Shown piece by piece: positions 29,871 to 39,267 of a DNA stretch of 64,000 nucleotides. The notes beneath the pieces are model-generated. The model did not search any database. It worked only from the letters and a program-made list of their open reading frames with translations, and was not told where the DNA came from. The stretch is taken from sequence record SRR31156797_1896; one strand, 5' to 3'. Within the stretch, counting starts at the first letter, position 1; each line of letters begins with the position of its first letter. Both the position numbers and the translations under genes were made by a program.

Positions 29871-31952
29871 ATGCATATATTGAAACGATATCAGTTTTTT
29901 GTTCTTATGACTTTTTTATTTAGTCACTTATCTGCTCAGGAAGTTGAACTAAATGAGGGTCTCTTAAATAACTATCGGGAAGAGGTTAATTTAATAACAG
30001 ATCGTAATATTTTTATAGCAGGTGAAAGAATATGGTTTTATTCATGTTTAAGTTCTAATCAAGATAGTGTATTAAGTAAAACTTTATACCTTGAGTTATA
30101 TAATGGAGAAAAAGTCATTCAACAAAAGTTCTCTGTCGAAAAAGGTTATTGCAAAGGATATTTACAAATTCCAGATGATTTCCATAGTTCTGGTTATTTC
30201 CTTAGGGCATATACAAAGTTTATGAAGAATTTTCTTCCCGAAAACTATGCCTATCAAGTTATAATGATTGTAAATACTGAAAATGGAATAGTTAAGAATC
30301 ATAATAAAGAAACTTCTCATAAAATATTGCCAAAGAACTTTTGCAGGACTGATAATTCATATAGTCTGTTTCTCGATTCTAATAGCGTTAATTCGAATAT
30401 ATTAGAAATAGAAGAGTACAAAGATCATTTTAAATTTAAGTTTTTGGGAGGAGATGAGTTTTGTAATAGCAAAAAACCTAAAGTTTTAATTCGGAATTCA
30501 AAATTTCAGGTTATTTCTAATCTTGAATTGCAAAAAGATAACTATAAAATCTCTAATGAAACACTTACCGATGGAATTAACTATTATACAGTTTGTATTG
30601 ATTCCATTCCTTTAGTTTTAGGGATATTATATAAACCATTTTACAATAGCAAAGGCACAAATGAACGAAAAATATTTACCAAAACAAGGACAGAAATTCA
30701 ATTACCAAATTTTAATGATAAAGATTTTGATCCTTTTATAATATCAATTAGTAGAAAGGGGACAAGATTTTCACACAGAGATACTGCATTCGCATTCAAA
30801 TTATTAGCAGAAAATCCATACTTAATAAATAGTTTTTATCAGATTTTTCCTGGTATAGAATCAATTCCTAATAAATATATCCTGTTGTTGCTTAGAAATC
30901 ATACTCTTGCAGTTACCCAAAATAAAGAATTCATGAGTCGGATTATTCATCCTGAATTTGAATATATTCCGGAAATTTACGATTTAAGTATTGAAGGAGT
31001 TGTTAAAAGTAAGAAGGAAAATAAACCTATTTCAGATAAACTAATATACCTCTCAGTATTTGGCAAAGAAAATCAATTACATGTTTATAACACCACAGAT
31101 AAGGGATCGTTTATTTTTAATATTGAAAACATGACCGGGCTAAGGAATGCTTATTTGACAACTGATGCGAAACTATCTGGTGAAGTTGAAATAATGGTTA
31201 AGAACAGTTTTTCGAGTGACTTTTATCCGAGTCATATTTCTATGATGATAGACACCAGTTATTTGGGGCTGGTGGAAGATATGTATTTAGCTCATCAAAT
31301 CAATGAGGTGTTTAATACCAATGATACAGTTACTTTGGAAAATTTTAGAGCTATTCCTTCTGTTGAAAGATTTGGTAATCGTATAAAGCTCAAAGATTTT
31401 ATCAAGCTACCCACTTTAATTGATGTGTTTAGAGAAATTATTCCTAATGTGAGTATTAGAAAACGAAAAGGTAAGCATGCATTCACTGTTATCGATGGTT
31501 TAAGGTTATTTGTTTATGATTATCCTTTAATCCTATTGGATAATATTCCTATTTTTAATGATGAAGTAATTCTTTCATTAGATCCTGATATTATTGAGGA
31601 TATAACAGTAGTAAATGAACCAATTTATTTAGGTGATTATAAAATTGAAGGGTTAATATCAATTAAAACAATTAATGGTGATTTTGGTGAAATTGATTTT
31701 TTTGAAAATAGTACATTTTTAAAGTATCCCACGTATTCTCCTTTGGCTGATTTTGTTCAGATATTACCTCAGCCAACAAATATTCCGCATTTTTCAAACA
31801 CCTTATTTTGGAATGTTGTAGAAAATAATGCTTCTCAAATATCTGTTAAGGCGGATGATGGAGTTGGTATTTATGACTGTCTTATTTACCTGCCTTCCAA
31901 AAACTGTACTTTAGAACGGTATTATTATTTTGATATTGAATTGACTAAATAG
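29871..31952 (+). CDS. Secreted protein with MG2-like N-terminus and TonB-plug-like C-terminus
   Basis: EEVNLITDRNIFIAGERIWF…YFLRAYTKFMKN (MG2-like) and PLILLDNIPI…GLISIKT. Probable start MHILKRY at 29871. Confidence 0.75.
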   Translation: MHILKRYQFFVLMTFLFSHLSAQEVELNEGLLNNYREEVNLITDRNIFIAGERIWFYSCLSSNQDSVLSKTLYLELYNGEKVIQQKFSVEKGYCKGYLQIPDDFHSSGYFLRAYTKFMKNFLPENYAYQVIMIVNTENGIVKNHNKETSHKILPKNFCRTDNSYSLFLDSNSVNSNILEIEEYKDHFKFKFLGGDEFCNSKKPKVLIRNSKFQVISNLELQKDNYKISNETLTDGINYYTVCIDSIPLVLGILYKPFYNSKGTNERKIFTKTRTEIQLPNFNDKDFDPFIISISRKGTRFSHRDTAFAFKLLAENPYLINSFYQIFPGIESIPNKYILLLLRNHTLAVTQNKEFMSRIIHPEFEYIPEIYDLSIEGVVKSKKENKPISDKLIYLSVFGKENQLHVYNTTDKGSFIFNIENMTGLRNAYLTTDAKLSGEVEIMVKNSFSSDFYPSHISMMIDTSYLGLVEDMYLAHQINEVFNTNDTVTLENFRAIPSVERFGNRIKLKDFIKLPTLIDVFREIIPNVSIRKRKGKHAFTVIDGLRLFVYDYPLILLDNIPIFNDEVILSLDPDIIEDITVVNEPIYLGDYKIEGLISIKTINGDFGEIDFFENSTFLKYPTYSPLADFVQILPQPTNIPHFSNTLFWNVVENNASQISVKADDGVGIYDCLIYLPSKNCTLERYYYFDIELTK

Positions 31953-32027
31953 TATCTATTCAATATTTTTAACGGACTTAAAAGTATTGCCAATTATTAC
32001 ATTTAATACTTGTGTAAAGTAATTTTC

Positions 32028-32166
32028 ACTCTCAATACTCAACATCCCGATAAATAAAAAATCTCTGATTTTTTTAATTTATCTAGCATCCTCGAAAAAC
32101 TAATCAAATTGGAAATTTGAGTTTTTCGGGACTCAATACTCCAACCTGCCTTCCCAATATCGGGAC
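32028..32166. repeat. Degenerate REP-like hairpin mosaic with heptamer repeats
   Basis: Stem CGAAAAACT…CAAATT-gga-AATTTG…AGTTTTTCG; TCCCGAT/ATCGGGA half-sites; ACTCAATACTC-like unit at 32031 and 32131. Confidence 0.45.
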
Positions 32167-32195
32167 ACTATTTTTTGATTTTAAGGTGGGATTAA

Positions 32196-32306
32196 CACAG
32201 CACAGGAAACAACAAACAAGCTCAAGAATGGAACAAATCCATAGAATCAACTATTGATAATATGCTGAAGGAGAAAAGAAAAGAAATCATTGAGCTTTAC
32301 AGCTAA
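32196..32306 (+). pseudogene. 3' remnant of an unidentified gene
   Basis: Frame HSTGNNKQAQEWNKSIESTIDNMLKEKRKEIIELYS* has no upstream start and is followed directly by hairpin AAAGCC…GGCTTT (32313-32332). Confidence 0.35.
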
Positions 32307-32371
32307 AAAACCAAAGCCCCCTACGAGGCTTTAGTTAGTTCTATTTTTATTTGTTTTTTGCTGTACATCGT

Positions 32372-32400
32372 GCACTGATTATAAATCAGCACTATTGGGG
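32372..32400. repeat. REP-like palindrome abutting the immunity-gene stop codon
   Basis: GCACTGATTATAAATCAGCACTATTGGGG with core stem CTGATT-ata-AATCAG. Confidence 0.5.
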
Positions 32401-32401
32401 T

Positions 32402-32803
32402 TTATGCATTAGCAATAATAAACATTACTATCCAAGAAAGTCCATTTGTTATTAGTATGATGTCTATTAAGACTTGCCTCTTTTTTAGTCTATTGAAATA
32501 TTCATCATTCTTGAACTTTTTCTTTAGTGATATAAACCGTTCTTTTTTATCTAAATATATTCCTAGAACAATACTTGCAATTCCAATTGTAATAGCAAGT
32601 GGGAGATATGTGAATTTAAATATATCCTTAGCAAATGTGTAATCACTCCAAAAGCTATATGTAGCTAGAAAAGATAATAATAAAGGCATAACGAATAAAG
32701 CAATATATAATCCGATTCCTCCTTCTGCTAAGTATTTATCTGAAAATCGCTCCATTCTGGTAAGAATGAATATCAAAATTTTAAATATTTTTTTATTTTC
32801 CAT
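32402..32803 (-). CDS. Putative membrane immunity protein for the upstream RHS toxin
   Basis: 133 aa with about 3 hydrophobic segments; overlaps the RHS stop codon by 11 bp; very AT-rich. Confidence 0.7.
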   Translation of the reverse strand: MENKKIFKILIFILTRMERFSDKYLAEGGIGLYIALFVMPLLLSFLATYSFWSDYTFAKDIFKFTYLPLAITIGIASIVLGIYLDKKERFISLKKKFKNDEYFNRLKKRQVLIDIILITNGLSWIVMFIIANA

Positions 32804-34146
32804 ATAGCCAAGGTGCCATCATAACCCCATCTTTACTATTCAGGTCATGTATTTGCATTATTGAATTTTTCATATGTTTAAGAGGTGTACTCCATCCTCC
32901 AGGGATTAGAATGTCGCCAAGGAAATATAAAGCACTTACAGCTGCACCTATTGGGCCACCAGTCATAGCTAATACTGTAAAAGCAGTATTAACACTAGCC
33001 TTTTTCCAATCTCCATTTCCCCAAATTACATTTGACCAATCAAGAGCGCTACTGATAGGGCCTAAAATATTTCCTAACGCTCTAAAGAATTTGGTAGCTT
33101 TTATAGCACTTTTAGCATGTTTGGAATAGCGGGTAGAATTATTCCATTTTTTTACATTACCTTGTTTGCTATATTCAACTTTACCTTTTGCTTCTTTTAA
33201 AGATTCTATTTTTACTACTTTACCTTTTGAATTTTTGTAAAGACCCCGAGAAGCTCTAGAGCTATATTGGCCTATATCACTTCCAATTCCAGCTATAGTT
33301 ATGGCTTGTGATGCATCATCAACCGGAATACTCGCTTCTGGTTGTGATTCTATGGAAGGTAATTGTCCTTCTATATTATTCGATTGAAGGGATTCATCGT
33401 TGGCAACTTGTGTTTCAGAATGATTTGATAAAGAAATATCATGAAAAGCTTCGTCAGCACCATTACTTCCCCAGATTTTCAAATTTACATCTGTCTCTCC
33501 TTCATTTGAGGTTGATGTTTGATCAATTCTAAAATCACTTCCAGGTGTTGTAACTGTGTTTAAAAGATTCCCATCGCCATCTTTGATATTAATATGTTGA
33601 GTTTCTTTTCCTCCTTTGTCTCCAACTTTAGTTGCTTTACCTGTTGAAATATTATAATCCCATTCGTCATCCAGCGCCCCGGTCGGGTCAGTCCTGTTAA
33701 TTGGATTATTTTGGCAATAGTTGTAAGGATTCAGCCAGGAACGTTGTTCTTTTCTGGGGTCAACTGAACAAAAACGACCTATCCAGGCTGCGTAATATCT
33801 TGCTCCGTAATAATACAACCCCGTCTCTTCATCGCGTTCTTTGCCAACGTAACGGTAGCGCTTGCGGGAAACTTCTGTGCTATTGGTGGACAATCGGTAT
33901 GAGCTTGTACCAAATGGGTGGTACTCTTCGTAAGATATAGTGGCTGCGTTTTCGTCTAATTCGAGAGAAGCAGAACCCAAATGGTTATCGTATTGGTAAC
34001 GGATTACATCAACCAGTGTGCCCACCGCCACTTTATTATCTACTGTGAGGGTGTCAATGGTTGCTATTCGTTTATCTCCGTCGGTTACAAACACTGTTTT
34101 CCTTTCTGTTACAAGGTCATCGTTACTGTCAAATTTACGATATATT
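32793..34146 (-). pseudogene. 5'-truncated (orphan) RHS repeat-associated core with variable C-terminal toxin domain
   Basis: Motifs RYQYDNHLGSASLELD, YEEYHPFG, RYRYVGKERDEETGLYYYGARYY and NNPINRTDPTG. RHS-like residues (IYRKFDSNDDLVTERKT) extend upstream of the GTG at 34094 to about 34146, then an in-frame TAG is met with no ATG. Confidence 0.88.
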
Positions 34147-34198
34147 TGGTTAGATAAAAAATTCTCAGTTTCCTATTGGTATGTTAATTGATAGTTAC

Positions 34199-34219
34199 TA
34201 TTTTTATCCAATCTAAATA
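34199..34219. promoter_or_regulatory. Candidate iron-regulator operator upstream of feoAB
   Basis: Imperfect palindrome TATTTTTA-tccaa-TCTAAATA (6/8 pairing), 10 bp before the ATG. Confidence 0.45.
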
Positions 34220-34229
34220 TTGATTAAGG

Positions 34230-36692
34230 ATGCAGTTATCAGATTTGAAGACAGGCAATAGTGGAGTTGTGGTTAAGGTGAAGGGACACAGCGGTTTTCG
34301 CCGGAGAGTTGCCGAAATGGGTTTTGTAAAGGGAAAGGAAATTAAAGTTGTAAGAAATGCTCCTTTAAAAGATCCGGTAGAGTACGAAATTATGGGATAT
34401 GATGTTTCTTTGCGACGCAAGGAAGCAGATTTAATTGATATAGTTACCCTTGAAGAGGCTAAAGAAATGGATTTCGCAGAGTTTATGGGATCCTTTTCTG
34501 ATGAGGAAATGCTTCAGAAATCAGTTCATATTAAAAGTCGTACTATTAATGTTGCATTTGTTGGAAATCCAAATATCGGTAAAACCACTATTTTTAATAA
34601 TCTTTCCGGAGCAAAAGAAAAAGTAGGTAATTATGGTGGCGTAACAGTTGATATTAAAAAAGCAAAAGCTAGTATAAAAGGTTATGACTTCAATTTTTAT
34701 GACTTACCTGGTACTTATTCACTCTCAGCATATTCTCATGAAGAGCTATTTGTAAGAAATTTTGTTTTTAATAATACTCCCGATATTGTAGTTAATGTAT
34801 TAGACGCCTCGAATTTAGAGCGTAATATGTACCTAACTACTCAGCTTATAGATATGAATGTGCCTGTTGTAATGGCGCTGAATATGTACGATGAGTTAGA
34901 GAAGAAAAAAGCACGTTTGGATAGTGAGCATCTGGGAACAATGCTAGGTATACCAATTGTTCCAACCATTGCTTCTAAAGGAAATGGTCTTGATGCTTTA
35001 ATAGACAAAATTATTGATGTGTATGAAGAAAGAGATCAAACTTCTCGATTAATACATATCAACTATGGTCAGGAAATAGAAAAATCTATTGAAAGGGTTA
35101 AGCAAAAAATTAAAGGCAATAAACACCTAACTGCCACACGTAGTGCCAGATACATGGCAATTAAGTTGCTTGAAAGAGATAAGCATCTGTTTCAAATAAT
35201 TGAAGAAGCTAAAAATAAGGATGAAATTCTGATTACTGCTGAAGTTGAATCAAGCAGATTGGAAAAAATGTATAGTGATAAAGCTGATGCTATATTTACT
35301 GATGCCAAATATGGATTTGTGGCTGGCGCTTTAACCGAAACATATTCTGAGAATCCTATTAGACGTAGACGAAAAACTGAGATAATCGATACATTTCTAA
35401 CTCATAAACTATTTGGATTTCCGGTCTTTTTTGCCTTCATGTTTACCATGTTCTATTTTACTTTCAATGTTGGAGGATATCCTATGGATTGGATTGATAC
35501 ATTGTTTGCATGGCTCAATTCAACCAGTATAGAATTTTTACCTGAAGGTTCTTTCAGACATCTGCTTACCGACGGGGTTATTAGTGGAATTGGATCGGTG
35601 CTTATTTTCTTACCAAATATCTTAATCCTATTTTTCTTTATCAGTTTAATGGAGGATACTGGATATATGGCAAGGGCTGCCTTTATAATGGATAAAGTGA
35701 TGCATAAAATTGGCCTGCATGGTAAATCATTTATCCCACTGTTAATGGGATTTGGCTGTAATGTACCTGCTATACTTTCTACCCGAATTCTTGAAAACAA
35801 GCAAGACCGCTTGCTTACAATGCTCATTAATCCATTTATGAGTTGCAGTGCTCGTTTACCGGTTTATATTTTAATAATAGGAGCATTTTTTCCACAATAC
35901 CCAACATTAATGCTTATGGGTATTTATTCTTTCGGGATAATTTTAGCCATAATATCTGCATTGATTTTTAAGAGAATTCTATTTAAGCAACCCAGTGCAC
36001 CTTTTGTAATGGAGTTACCTCCATATAGGGTGCCAACCTTGCGTGTTACGCTTTCTCATATGTGGGATAAAGCGTTTGAGTATATTAAAAAGGTTGGTGG
36101 AACTATTCTGGTTGCAGTAATTATTATTTGGGCACTCAAGTTTTACCCTCAAAATGACGAATTAATTCAGGAAAAGAAGGAATCAATTCAGATGGTTGAA
36201 CAATTGGATATTCAACAATCTGAAAAACAAGAGCAAATTACAGCCATAAATATGAAATATGATAAGTCACATTTAGAGCAATCATATTTAAGGCAGATCG
36301 GGCACTTTATTGAACCTGCTATTGTGCCATTGGGCATGGATTGGAAGATGGGGATTAGTATTTTAACTGGTGTGGCTGCTAAAGAGATTGTGGTCAGTAC
36401 TTTAGGGGTTATTTACCAAACAGATGAAGAAAATACAGGATCACTTATTACAAAATTAAGAGAAGAGAGTCAGAACAGTGGAGAGTCTAAAGCGTTATAC
36501 AATTTGAGAGCACTTTCTTTTCTTATATTTATACTGATCTATTTCCCTTGTGTGGGAGTGGTTGCAGCAGTAAAAAAAGAGACAGGAGGATGGAAGTGGC
36601 CCATATTCTTAGTTGTTTATACCACAGGTTTGGCCTGGCTGATGTCGTTTGCCGTGTTCCAGTTGGGTAAATTTTTAATTGAAGTACTATGA
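34230..36692 (+). CDS. feoB: Fused FeoA-FeoB ferrous iron transporter
   Basis: FeoA motifs RRRVAEMGF…APLKDP…SLRR; GTPase motifs GNPNIGKT, DLPGTYSL and LNMYD; membrane motifs GFGCNVPA, FMSCSARLP and MELPPYR. Confidence 0.97.
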   Translation: MQLSDLKTGNSGVVVKVKGHSGFRRRVAEMGFVKGKEIKVVRNAPLKDPVEYEIMGYDVSLRRKEADLIDIVTLEEAKEMDFAEFMGSFSDEEMLQKSVHIKSRTINVAFVGNPNIGKTTIFNNLSGAKEKVGNYGGVTVDIKKAKASIKGYDFNFYDLPGTYSLSAYSHEELFVRNFVFNNTPDIVVNVLDASNLERNMYLTTQLIDMNVPVVMALNMYDELEKKKARLDSEHLGTMLGIPIVPTIASKGNGLDALIDKIIDVYEERDQTSRLIHINYGQEIEKSIERVKQKIKGNKHLTATRSARYMAIKLLERDKHLFQIIEEAKNKDEILITAEVESSRLEKMYSDKADAIFTDAKYGFVAGALTETYSENPIRRRRKTEIIDTFLTHKLFGFPVFFAFMFTMFYFTFNVGGYPMDWIDTLFAWLNSTSIEFLPEGSFRHLLTDGVISGIGSVLIFLPNILILFFFISLMEDTGYMARAAFIMDKVMHKIGLHGKSFIPLLMGFGCNVPAILSTRILENKQDRLLTMLINPFMSCSARLPVYILIIGAFFPQYPTLMLMGIYSFGIILAIISALIFKRILFKQPSAPFVMELPPYRVPTLRVTLSHMWDKAFEYIKKVGGTILVAVIIIWALKFYPQNDELIQEKKESIQMVEQLDIQQSEKQEQITAINMKYDKSHLEQSYLRQIGHFIEPAIVPLGMDWKMGISILTGVAAKEIVVSTLGVIYQTDEENTGSLITKLREESQNSGESKALYNLRALSFLIFILIYFPCVGVVAAVKKETGGWKWPIFLVVYTTGLAWLMSFAVFQLGKFLIEVL

Positions 36693-36916
36693 TACAGGAT
36701 ATTATAACTCATGGAATAATAATTTTAAGTATAATATTGGTTATTAGATCTTTTGTACGCTTTTTTACTGTGAAACTTAATGGTAGTAAAGATAGTATAG
36801 TTCATGGTCACGATTGTGGCTCATGTGGAAGTACTTGTTCACTTAAAAGTGTTATGACTACAATTGAGGAGAATACGAAAGATATTGGTACAATAAACAC
36901 TCATGCTATAAAATAA
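36689..36916 (+). CDS. FeoB-associated Cys-rich membrane protein
   Basis: N-terminal TM segment then CGSCGSTC; 4-bp overlap with feoB. Confidence 0.8.
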   Translation: MIQDIITHGIIILSIILVIRSFVRFFTVKLNGSKDSIVHGHDCGSCGSTCSLKSVMTTIEENTKDIGTINTHAIK

Positions 36917-37051
36917 TATTTTTAGTTTTTTAGTAGGCATTTCTTTCATTTTTTTATATGTAATTGATTTATATACAGTCGTTAAATATTTTTTGCGTTT
37001 ATAATCATTTAGATCCTTTCAATTGAAAATTTTTATCCTGATTTAAAAGTA

Positions 37052-37059
37052 TACCTTTG
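37052..37059 (+). promoter_or_regulatory. -7 promoter box for the LytTR gene
   Basis: TACCTTTG(CA) matches TAnnTTTG. Confidence 0.6.
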
Positions 37060-37093
37060 CAGGAGTTTCAGACCTGTAATAATTTGTATTAGC

Positions 37094-37939
37094 ATGCTTA
37101 AATTCCTAAGAAGACCATACCCATTTAATGATGATCTTAAAAGAAATGCAAAGATTATTTTCTTTATAAGTGTGAGTATTTTTGTTTTCTTATTGCTATT
37201 CCAACCTCTGGATATTAACGCATTAGCAGATAAAGAAAAGTTTTATTTAATAGCAGGATTAGGCGCAATTACATTTTTATCACTAAGTATTAATTTACTG
37301 GTATTACCAAGCATCATTCCTCACATTTTTTTAAATCGAGAATGGGCAATATGGAAGGAGATACTTTGGAATTTATGGTTGCTTTTCACCATTGCTTTTG
37401 GATATTTTCTAATGTATAAGACTTTAGGAATCATTGAGTTTAGTTTTTATATGATTGTAAAAATGATTCTCATTGCCATTATTCCTTTGACAGGCTTAAT
37501 CGTTTTTAATCATAACCGTTTGTTGCGTCATCATTTAAAAACGGCAAATGATATGAATGAGAAGCTTAAAAGTCATAGAGAAGTACAAGAGAAATTAATT
37601 CATTTCGATTCGGAATATCAAAAGAATAAGCTTTCGCTTAAAGCCAGATTGTTGATTTTAATTCGATCTGCAGACAATTATATTGAGATATTTTGGAAAG
37701 ATGAGTCTGGCATAAAAAGTCAATTAATTAGAAGCACCTTAATAAAGGCGCAAAAACTAGTTGATGAGTATAACTACTTTTTTAAATGTCACCGATCATA
37801 TATAGTGAATGTGAATTATATTGACAGGGTTGAAGGAAACTCTCAAGGTTATAAATTATTTTTTGAGAATCTTGATTTTAATGTTCCAGTTTCAAAGAAA
37901 TCTGTGAAAGAATTAAAAAATAGAGTTAAATTTTTGTAA
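37094..37939 (+). CDS. Membrane-anchored LytTR-family transcriptional regulator
   Basis: Four TM helices followed by a LytTR domain: IRSADNYIEI…FFKCHRSYIVN…GNSQGYKL…VPVSK. Confidence 0.93.
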   Translation: MLKFLRRPYPFNDDLKRNAKIIFFISVSIFVFLLLFQPLDINALADKEKFYLIAGLGAITFLSLSINLLVLPSIIPHIFLNREWAIWKEILWNLWLLFTIAFGYFLMYKTLGIIEFSFYMIVKMILIAIIPLTGLIVFNHNRLLRHHLKTANDMNEKLKSHREVQEKLIHFDSEYQKNKLSLKARLLILIRSADNYIEIFWKDESGIKSQLIRSTLIKAQKLVDEYNYFFKCHRSYIVNVNYIDRVEGNSQGYKLFFENLDFNVPVSKKSVKELKNRVKFL

Positions 37940-37947
37940 AAAACCAA

Positions 37948-38021
37948 ATCATTTCATCACTGTATGGCAGTTTTTAGTCCCTGAATTGTCATTCTATCCC
38001 TTTTTCAAAGTCACTTGTCAC
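37948..38021 (+). promoter_or_regulatory. Four imperfect direct repeats with ~20-21 bp period; candidate LytTR binding sites
   Basis: atcatttcatcac / gtttttagtccc / gtcattctatccc / gtcacttgtcac, ending at 37960, 37981, 38000 and 38021. Confidence 0.55.
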
Positions 38022-38083
38022 GATTTAAAAAATATGTAGCTTTTCAACTGTAGGTTTGCAGTGAACCTAATTACATATTAATT

Positions 38084-39214
38084 ATGAAACCACTTCAAAT
38101 AGGAAATCTTACAGTAAGAAAACCAATTATTCAAGGTGGAATGGGAGTAGCCATTTCATTATCAGGGCTTGCCAGCGCAGTGGCAAATCAGGGAGGTATT
38201 GGTGTGATATCTGCTGCTGCCATTGGAATGACAGAGCCGGATTACAAGAAAAACTTTAAGCAAGCCAATCAAAGAGCACTTCGTAAGCATATTCGTTTAG
38301 CTCGGGCAAAAACAAATGGTGTTTTAGGTGTGAATCTAATGGTTGCTTTAAATGACTATGATGAATTGCTTGAAACTTCCATAAAGGAAGAAATTGATGT
38401 GGTGATATTAGGAGCAGGTTTGCCATTAAAAATGCCTGAATATGTTCTTGAGAAAGGATTTGAGAACATAAAAACGAAATTTATACCTAAAGTATCAAGT
38501 CCAAAAGCCGCTAAATTGATATTTCAATATTGGGCTTCAAAATTTAATTATGTACCTGATGCTATTGTTGTTGAAGGACCTGAAGCAGGGGGGCATTTAG
38601 GGTTTAAAAGAAAAGAACTTGAAAGTAAATCAGCGAGCCTAAAGGAATTGGTTGCAGAAACTGTAAAAGTAGCTGAATCTTTTGGAGAAGCTTATAATAA
38701 GGATATTCCGGTAATTGCAGCCGGGGGTATTTACACAGGTTATGATGCTTCAGAGATTATGGCATATGGTGCATCAGGGGTAAAGATGGGGACAAGGTTT
38801 GTCACAACCCATGAATGTGATGCCGATATTGCTTTTAAGATGAAATATGTAGATAGTTCAAAAGAAGATATTACCCTAATTGATAGTCCTGTTGGATTAC
38901 CTGGTAGAGTGATTAATAGTGAATATGTTAATCGTATTAAAAATGGTGAAACAAAACCTTTTAAATGTCCATGGAAATGTTTGAAGTCTTGCAATTTTAA
39001 AGAAGCTCCTTATTGTATCTCAGAGGTTTTACATAATTCTGCTATGGGAAAATTTGAGGAAGGCTTTGCTTTTGCGGGAACCAATGCTTACAAGGCTACT
39101 AAAATACAATCTGTGAAAGAAGTATTTAATGAAATAGAGTTCCAGTTCAATACAAGTCAGTCATTTATTGAGACTGTTTCAGAGGTTTACAATCCTCAGT
39201 ATGTAGCTGTATAG
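38084..39214 (+). CDS. Nitronate monooxygenase / FabK-like FMN oxidoreductase
   Basis: Motifs PIIQGGMG, GAGLP, VEGPEAGGHLG, IAAGGI, MGTRF and SPVGLPGR, plus a C-x3-C-x3-C…YCI Cys cluster. Confidence 0.92.
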   Translation: MKPLQIGNLTVRKPIIQGGMGVAISLSGLASAVANQGGIGVISAAAIGMTEPDYKKNFKQANQRALRKHIRLARAKTNGVLGVNLMVALNDYDELLETSIKEEIDVVILGAGLPLKMPEYVLEKGFENIKTKFIPKVSSPKAAKLIFQYWASKFNYVPDAIVVEGPEAGGHLGFKRKELESKSASLKELVAETVKVAESFGEAYNKDIPVIAAGGIYTGYDASEIMAYGASGVKMGTRFVTTHECDADIAFKMKYVDSSKEDITLIDSPVGLPGRVINSEYVNRIKNGETKPFKCPWKCLKSCNFKEAPYCISEVLHNSAMGKFEEGFAFAGTNAYKATKIQSVKEVFNEIEFQFNTSQSFIETVSEVYNPQYVAV

Positions 39215-39235
39215 TCTGTATTCTATACCTAAAAT

Positions 39236-39267
39236 AAAAGGCGGCTTATAAGGCCGCCTTCTTGTTT
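39236..39267. terminator. Bidirectional terminator
   Basis: AAGGCGGC-ttataag-GCCGCCTT between convergent genes. Confidence 0.85.

Noticed and set aside
34184-34420. Minus-strand ORF that might be the missing upstream part of the RHS gene
   Set aside because: It is antisense to FeoA, has no RHS/YD motifs, and is separated from the RHS frame by stop codons.
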